Origin: a virus
IMG/VR virus record: IMGVR_UViG_3300033144_006696
Span: 59,867-123,866 of that record
Strand: one strand, 5' to 3'
Length of the DNA stretch: 64,000 nt
In this document: positions 57,930-64,000 of the stretch, piece after piece
How the letters are laid out: each line of letters opens with the position of its first letter
Position numbering within the stretch: position 1 is the stretch's first letter
Translations under genes and position numbers: made by a program
Notes under the pieces: generated by a model
Databases searched by the model: none
Seen by the model: the letters and a program-made list of their open reading frames with translations, nothing else
What the model was told of the DNA's origin: nothing

Positions 57930-58127
57930 TTTTTTAAGAGAATCTTTTGATTCTCCTCAAATAGGAATAGCTCTGATTAATTTTCAGAGCTATTTAAGAT
58001 TATTGACTATCTTGTTGTGAAAAAGTTCTTATAATGAGCTATATTACTTTCAAATTCACTTAGTAAAAATAATATAAAACTCTTAAAGAAATACAAATAC
58101 ACACAATAGAATTATCTTTTACATTAT

Positions 58128-58439
58128 TTATATCTGTTCTTGTTGATCAGTAGCGTCATCAATTATTGAATCAATGGGAGTCCATCCAAAAGTGGTATAT
58201 TTACCAAATTTGTGAAACAATTTTCTCATTGTCTGTGCTTCTTCCTCTGTAATATTCATTATAGTAATATCAAAAATAATGTCATTTGTACTTTCAAATT
58301 CATAATTCTTATTAGAACTAAAATATACTTCAATTGGATATTTTACAATTTTGAGACTTCTTTCAAATTTGGCATATTTTTCATCTGACATCAATTCAAA
58401 TCCAGCCCAGTTTTCTTTTTCCCATTTTACTAATTTCAT
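58128..58439 (-). CDS. hypothetical protein
   Basis: AAGGAG SD. Confidence 0.6.
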   Translation of the reverse strand: MKLVKWEKENWAGFELMSDEKYAKFERSLKIVKYPIEVYFSSNKNYEFESTNDIIFDITIMNITEEEAQTMRKLFHKFGKYTTFGWTPIDSIIDDATDQQEQI

Positions 58440-58459
58440 TTTTCTCTCCTTGTTTTGGA

Positions 58460-59410
58460 TTATATATGTGCGTCAACCATCGTAATCAATGAGTCTTCTG
58501 GAATTTCTTTCCAAAGCTCTTTGAATTGACTTCCCCAATCACTTTCTTCATTTACAGACATTCCAAACATCAGCATCTTACCTTTCTCATACCACTTTCC
58601 TTCGTAGACAAGAGCGTAAGGATACCACACTGAATTACAGGCAACGTATTCTTCTTTTGTCATGTTTATTAATCTTTCCATCGCTTCAGCAATGCGAAAG
58701 TATCCGATATTCTCATTTATCCACTTAATCTGCTTTTTATCATCATCTCTGAGAAATTTGATTTCATTGTGCCACTGTGACCATGTACTTGATGCACGTT
58801 CACGCATGGGTTTTTCCATACCTTTAATGTCAATCTGTCCCTTCTTTGCAATATCAGCACGATTAGAGGTAAAGGTTTCATTCATAAAGTTTTTTTCCTT
58901 AAACTTTGCATCTTTGGAATATCTGTCTTTTTTCCATCGTTCCATGATTGCATTGATCAGTTTTGTTTTGCCCTGGTATTTTGCAGTAATATGATTAAAT
59001 ACATCCTTGTCATGCTCAAACTTCTTGAATAATCCAAACATTTCATTATCCAAAAAACCCAGCTCATTCGTATTGGTATTTTGATCTTTCAGCAGAGGAA
59101 TAGGTTTAATGACAAGTTCACCACTCCAGCGACCACCAACCTGAAACCAATCCCATTTTGAATTTGGATTAGTGAAATTTCCCCACTTTTTTGTTTTCTC
59201 ATCGAACTCATATCCATAATATTCTTCTATGAAATTACTCTTTGATGTATACTCTTCGCCATATTGAATATAATCCTGATCAACTTCTTCCATATCTGCC
59301 AGAACAAAACTGACAAATTCATCCAGTATACCTGTGCTTTCATACTCATGGTATGGCTGCAATTGTTTCTCAAAATCATTTCCAACCACCATAATGGTAA
59401 AATGACTCAT
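58460..59410 (-). CDS. conserved hypothetical phage protein
   Basis: MSHFTIMV, NPNSKWDWFQVGGRW, GKWYEKG, VDAHI. Confidence 0.75.
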   Translation of the reverse strand: MSHFTIMVVGNDFEKQLQPYHEYESTGILDEFVSFVLADMEEVDQDYIQYGEEYTSKSNFIEEYYGYEFDEKTKKWGNFTNPNSKWDWFQVGGRWSGELVIKPIPLLKDQNTNTNELGFLDNEMFGLFKKFEHDKDVFNHITAKYQGKTKLINAIMERWKKDRYSKDAKFKEKNFMNETFTSNRADIAKKGQIDIKGMEKPMRERASSTWSQWHNEIKFLRDDDKKQIKWINENIGYFRIAEAMERLINMTKEEYVACNSVWYPYALVYEGKWYEKGKMLMFGMSVNEESDWGSQFKELWKEIPEDSLITMVDAHI

Positions 59411-59451
59411 GTTTAAATCTCCTTTAAAATTAAATATGCTGTTTTACTTCT

Positions 59452-59709
59452 TTAATCAATCGTTAGTTCATTTAACAACATTTTGAGAACTTTTTCGTAA
59501 ATTTTACCTTTATTAAGTTTTCTTGGTTGATCTATAATAAATTCACGAATTGCATATTGAACTCTATTTTCCTTACAATACGAATTATTTGCTTTAATGA
59601 AACAATACATAGATTCAAATTCCCTAATAACACCCATCAGTGTTGTATTGTCAATTGTTACAGCACCATGATATTCTTCTTCATATTTTGCTAATTCATT
59701 TTTGAGCAA
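59452..59709 (-). CDS. hypothetical protein
   Basis: ORF; start uncertain. Confidence 0.45.
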   Translation of the reverse strand: MLKNELAKYEEEYHGAVTIDNTTLMGVIREFESMYCFIKANNSYCKENRVQYAIREFIIDQPRKLNKGKIYEKVLKMLLNELTID

Positions 59710-59763
59710 TTTTAATAATGGAGATTCTTTAATTGCTATTTCACTCCTTATTTTAACTTTTTA

Positions 59764-59815
59764 ATCCCCGCTAGAAATACATGAAAATTTGAATTAAGTA
59801 AAATCTAGCGGGGTT
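59764..59815. repeat. CCCCGCTAGA...TCTAGCGGGG inverted repeat
   Basis: 10-bp perfect GC-rich arms in an AT-rich intergenic region. Confidence 0.65.
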
Positions 59816-59902
59816 TTCAATAATAAATGATAACAAAGGAGACGAACCTCCAAGAACATCCCCTATTTGATACTCTTCTTACATAAATCACCTCCCAACG
59901 GG

Positions 59903-60190
59903 TTAGTTTATAATTTGTATTTGCCATCCAGTTTTATAAATATACACTAATTTTCCATACGTTCCTATATTTTTATTGATTGTGTTTACAAAAGCAAATT
60001 TCACACTGAATTCTCTTCTATCTGGATACAATTCTACTACAATGTTGCCTACTCTATTTATTGCCATTTGTTCAAGATGTTTCATGTTCTTTTTTAATGA
60101 CTCTCTTAAAGGATTATGCCATGCAAATTGCAGTAATTCAGTAAACTGTCCTTCTGTTTTATCAATAATTATATCGTAGTTAATTTTCAT
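59903..60190 (-). CDS. hypothetical protein
   Basis: ORF in the - strand early region. Confidence 0.5.
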   Translation of the reverse strand: MKINYDIIIDKTEGQFTELLQFAWHNPLRESLKKNMKHLEQMAINRVGNIVVELYPDRREFSVKFAFVNTINKNIGTYGKLVYIYKTGWQIQIIN

Positions 60191-60491
60191 TTATCTTCTT
60201 ATCCATTTGATGAGTTTCTTTGTATCTCATAAAGCACTTTTGCATTTTGGACATGTACAGACATCTGTTTTTTTTTGGATTTCATTCATATTATACCGCA
60301 AATATTTTAATTGGTATTTAATTTAAATTATCTTACTTTGAAAGTATACTTATAAAGTAAGATAATCAACAACAAAATACACAATGTAAAATCTTTTATT
60401 AAATCTCTTTTCAGTGCGTTTCTATGTTGATTTTAAGCACTTTGAAGTATTTCTGATGTAATAGTATATCTTTTGGAATAATGTTTATTAT

Positions 60492-60917
60492 TCAACTAAA
60501 ATATATATTGTTAATCTCTTTGTATAATCTTTCTCCGTTTGCATAACATTTATAGTAAGAATAACGCGGATCAAGATATTCAAAAAGCCATACAACCTGT
60601 TTAGAAATAATATTAAATGAATCTTTATGCCATTTGTTATTTGAATTTTTATCTATTTCATCTATAAATGTCAATATCATAGAAAATGATATTATTGCCT
60701 TGGATACCTCACTTATTGTTTCCATAGCTCCAATATGAAATGTTTTCTCTATCAAATATTCTACTATTTTATTAATTTGTTTTATCTCTTTTTTATTAAT
60801 TAATCCACCAGGATAATTACTAGTTATTGTTTGACAAGATTTTCTCAAAACGCTCACTCTGTATTTGAGTTTTGGATCTATTGACGTTTCCTCAGCCTTT
60901 TGTAAAATGGCCATCAT
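60492..60917 (-). CDS. hypothetical protein
   Basis: AGGA SD. Confidence 0.55.
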   Translation of the reverse strand: MMAILQKAEETSIDPKLKYRVSVLRKSCQTITSNYPGGLINKKEIKQINKIVEYLIEKTFHIGAMETISEVSKAIISFSMILTFIDEIDKNSNNKWHKDSFNIISKQVVWLFEYLDPRYSYYKCYANGERLYKEINNIYFS

Positions 60918-61044
60918 ATATCCTAAAATGCTAAAATCTCTGTTTCGTATATTAATAATATCACCTCATTTTTAATCTGTAATTTTGATTTCATATTGCA
61001 TTAATGATTTAAAAACCTTTATTTCCCAGAAATCCATTTTTATT

Positions 61045-61239
61045 TTATTTCTCCTTTATTGTTTTTAGTAACTTTATTGATAATTCTACAGCACCATGAT
61101 CAGGATTATGTTTTACTATAGATCCATCATCAATTTTATATTCAACTTCACCTGTCTTTGGATCAACTTTTCCTGTATTTACAGCAGATCGTGTCATAAT
61201 AGGATTACCATTTATCATTATTGCAACGGATATCATCAT
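61045..61239 (-). CDS. hypothetical protein
   Basis: GGAG SD. Confidence 0.6.
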   Translation of the reverse strand: MMISVAIMINGNPIMTRSAVNTGKVDPKTGEVEYKIDDGSIVKHNPDHGAVELSIKLLKTIKEK

Positions 61240-61325
61240 TCACTCCATTTTAAATAATTCTAATATCACTGGCTTCAGGCCCATAACCATATAGAAAATT
61301 GCTAAATAAATTGTTTGTTAATATA

Positions 61326-61622
61326 TTATAATAAAGTCTCTATTTTTCTAACCATCTCGTTGTGACCCTTGACAGCTTCATCCCATGTTTCGTATCTATT
61401 CATTTCACCATCAATAGGTCCACCAAAAACCAATGTTTCAAAAAGCAATGGAGACCCATCTTTGAAAGAGTGGTCCAACCCTAAAAACACGGTTGAAATA
61501 TCCGATTTCCCCACAATTTCTCTTTTTACTTTTCTATCTGCTTTAGCCAGCCATTCTCCCCATAATTTTATATCAATACATGGGGTCACATCATGTCTAT
61601 CAAGTATGTAAAAATCTCCCAT
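61326..61622 (-). CDS. conserved hypothetical phage protein
   Basis: ISTVFLGLDH...PLLFETLVFGG...RYETWDEAVKGH. Confidence 0.75.
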   Translation of the reverse strand: MGDFYILDRHDVTPCIDIKLWGEWLAKADRKVKREIVGKSDISTVFLGLDHSFKDGSPLLFETLVFGGPIDGEMNRYETWDEAVKGHNEMVRKIETLL

Positions 61623-62420
61623 TTCATCTCTCTTTTAAATCAAACTTAATGCCCTGTAAAATTAAATTTTATAGAGTATTGCCAGTTTTAATTAACAACA
61701 TACAGAAATTCATGAGTCTATTGATGATTCATGTTGCCTGTTTATGTGGGATAACTTCATTTGCATCAAGAACTGTTTATACAGAATGAAATGCTGGTGC
61801 CGGTCTATTCATCACGATCATACTACAATACACATCTGATTCAAAATCACTTGGCTCTGTAATGGGTATTAATTGATGCCAATTTGTGTACAATTTATCA
61901 TTTGTTTTAATATAAGCTTGTACCATGACCTACTTAAGTCTTGAATCTTTGCGAAAAAACATTCAATTAAGTTGAGAGTGCAATATGTTGACTTGATGTA
62001 AAACATTGACCGTATTCTGTCTTCTCTTTGCTATCATATTTAAACTTAAATACTCTACCTTTTGAAGTATTCATGATTATCCTAGGTTCCATTACCAATC
62101 TTTTTGAGTCCTGCAATGTGAATCTCATTGATCTTAGTGAACACTGCATGAGAACCACTTACATAATCTGATATTTTTTTACTAAATTACAATATTCCTT
62201 TGAAATTCCATTTTTAGAGAATAATTTTTCAGGTTCAGTTATGTATAAAATTTTTTTTATTTCTGCTGTCATTATGATTCCTTCTTTTAACTTAATTGTT
62301 ATTTTCCAAAAATTTCTATTAGAGCAACAAAAAACATGATATCTATAACAACAGAACCGAAATATAATGCCGTAAAATCACCTTTATATTTGGCATCAAT
62401 AAATGCAATTATTGCTGTAA

Positions 62421-62570
62421 TCATGATTTTTCCTTTTGGTCCTTCTTCACTTGTCTTTTGATACAAGCAATTAAAATATCAGTCATAGTCTTTTTCTGTT
62501 TAAGAGCTGCCATTTTGAAAGCTGCTCTTAACTCTTCTGGTAATTTAATGGTAATTGTTGTTGATTCCAT
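62421..62570 (-). CDS. ribbon-helix-helix regulator (49 aa)
   Basis: MESTTITIKLPEELRAAFKMAALKQKKTMTDIL; AAGGAG SD; TTGACA at 62629-62634. Confidence 0.78.
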   Translation of the reverse strand: MESTTITIKLPEELRAAFKMAALKQKKTMTDILIACIKRQVKKDQKEKS

Positions 62571-62812
62571 ACATCTCCTTTTTATTATATTGTGTAATGA
62601 AATCATAATATAATAATATTATTACGTTTGTCAATAATTTTCTAAATATTTTTTTGAATATTTTAAAATCTTTTCTGAATTTCTGCTTTATGATCTTTCA
62701 ATTGACTCAAATATTGATTTATAATGCAATAATCTTCTGTTTCAGCGTGTTTCAATAGTTTTATATATGCTTGCTTATGTTAGAATAAAAACTGTCTTAA
62801 ATCAGCTCAAAA

Positions 62813-64000
62813 TTAGCTATCACATCTTTGAGATAAATTTCTTTTTGATTTAGATTTTTTCTTTAATGTATTTCCTCTAACCATAATATCAATAAAATCA
62901 TCTTGTGTAATTTCGGTTGAAATATATCCCAATTTCCAAGTAACACCTTTACTTATCATTTTCTGCAATATAAAATTGGTAAATACATGTATCATTGCAA
63001 TTTTTGGGCGAATCCCTATTTGATCAGAAATAAATTCATATTCTTTTTCAACTTCATCTATGAATGTTGCTGCATTATTTAAATTATAAATGGATAATTT
63101 TTCAAAAGCTTCAATATCATGTTTATTGTTTTCTTTTTCAATTTTCTTTTTGAGATTCTTATATAATAATTTGGCTTTTTCTGATAAAGCATCATTACCT
63201 TTCATAAATCTGGCACCCCAAGTAAGTAATGGTGACCAAGGTTCTTTGTTAATATTTACGTCAAAGATAATAAATTGTTTTATATTCTTAATTGATTTTT
63301 TATTAAATTTCATCTGATATGCAAAAACATCAGCAAAGAAATCAATCTGATTAATCCAATCTTCATCATCTCCCTTTTCAAAGTTGTTTGCTCTTAGAAG
63401 AGGTGATTTATATTTTTTTGGATTAGGATTAAATAATTCATGAATACAATCCATTGTGTCAAAGTATGATTGTTTAGTTTCAATTTGTTTTGTAGATCCT
63501 AATCCAAGCAATTTGATATAAATTTGATGATCTGAAATGGTATGTTTCCATTCTCCTTTTGCAATCTTTGAATTTGATTTGCAAGATTTATTGTTTGCTT
63601 TGCGATCTGAAACATCCGGGGTAGGAACAATATGTTTTGCAATGTTTGAACTTGATGTGCAATTAGATGATTTGGATTTGATCTTTCTTTTTCTCTTACG
63701 AACTTTCTTAATTGCAACATTTCCCCCCTTCTCACACGCTGCGCTTTTTGCAGCGTGTTGTAAAGATTTATCTTTACTTAAATGATTCTTTTCAAAATTG
63801 ATTCTCTTATGTCTATCGTTTTCGATAGTAGTACTACTGTTGATTTCGATAGTAGTCTCCCCACTACTGTTGTTTTCGATAGCAGTACTACTGTTGTTTT
63901 CGATAGCAGTACTACTGTTGTTTTCGATAGCAGTACTACTGTTGTTTTCGATAGCAGTATATTCTCTGTCATATAATCTTGAATATGGAAAGAGATATTC
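62813..64000 (-). CDS. replication initiator-like protein, 5' partial, with internal iterons
   Basis: One frame is open from the window end to 62813 (EYLFPYSRLYDREY-(TAIENNSS)4-...-LLGLGSTKQ); lambda-O-like layout of repeats, basic linker and C-terminal domain. Confidence 0.65.
   Translation of the reverse strand, partial: EYLFPYSRLYDREYTAIENNSSTAIENNSSTAIENNSSTAIENNSSGETTIEINSSTTIENDRHKRINFEKNHLSKDKSLQHAAKSAACEKGGNVAIKKVRKRKRKIKSKSSNCTSSSNIAKHIVPTPDVSDRKANNKSCKSNSKIAKGEWKHTISDHQIYIKLLGLGSTKQIETKQSYFDTMDCIHELFNPNPKKYKSPLLRANNFEKGDDEDWINQIDFFADVFAYQMKFNKKSIKNIKQFIIFDVNINKEPWSPLLTWGARFMKGNDALSEKAKLLYKNLKKKIEKENNKHDIEAFEKLSIYNLNNAATFIDEVEKEYEFISDQIGIRPKIAMIHVFTNFILQKMISKGVTWKLGYISTEITQDDFIDIMVRGNTLKKKSKSKRNLSQRCDS
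63818..63958. repeat. 24-bp tandem iteron-like repeats
   Basis: Four perfect ACTACTGTTGTTTTCGATAGCAGT units (63863-63958) plus two degenerate copies. Confidence 0.92.

Noticed and set aside
61700-62280. Gene(s) around track ORF 61967-62158
   Set aside because: Frames are broken by stops with no recognisable motif; probably a degraded gene
63818-63958. Repeat array as a CRISPR locus
   Set aside because: Repeats abut with no spacers, no cas genes are present, and they lie in frame within a coding sequence
63499-63972. Track ORFs 63499-63735, 63778-63972 and 63782-63976 as separate genes
   Set aside because: They are shadows of the single open frame 62813-64000
1-64000. Retron, DGR or group I/II intron
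   Set aside because: No reverse transcriptase motifs or template/variable repeat pair; all three gene interruptions have intein termini in a continuous frame

Overview
AT-rich genome segment of a large tailed dsDNA phage. The + strand block (1-9.1 kb) holds tail/receptor-binding and lysis genes and ends at a bidirectional terminator. The - strand block (9.2-64 kb) holds nucleotide metabolism (ThyX, dCMP deaminase, dNMP kinase, MazG), recombination (split SbcC plus SbcD, RecA-like, SSB, Endo VII), replication (ligase, 5'-3' exonuclease, DnaX clamp loader, PolA with UDG domain, sliding clamp, DnaB helicase, HU, partial initiator with iterons), four methyltransferase loci, four antirepressors, five RHH regulators and four copies of an HNH/AP2-type homing endonuclease. 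Three replication genes carry inteins. Most striking: (1) the DnaX intein reading frame stays open across a complete 264-aa DUF559/Vsr-like endonuclease gene nested in another frame with its own RBS; (2) three dispersed copies of a cassette made of promoter, covarying cloverleaf leader RNA, wHTH gene, copy-specific palindromes and a conserved ~250-nt tail, resembling auxiliary initiator/origin modules. Several homopolymer frameshifts suggest sequencing indels, so pseudogene calls are tentative. No tRNA, rRNA, CRISPR or reverse transcriptase seen. All family assignments are from motif recognition by eye, not database searches.
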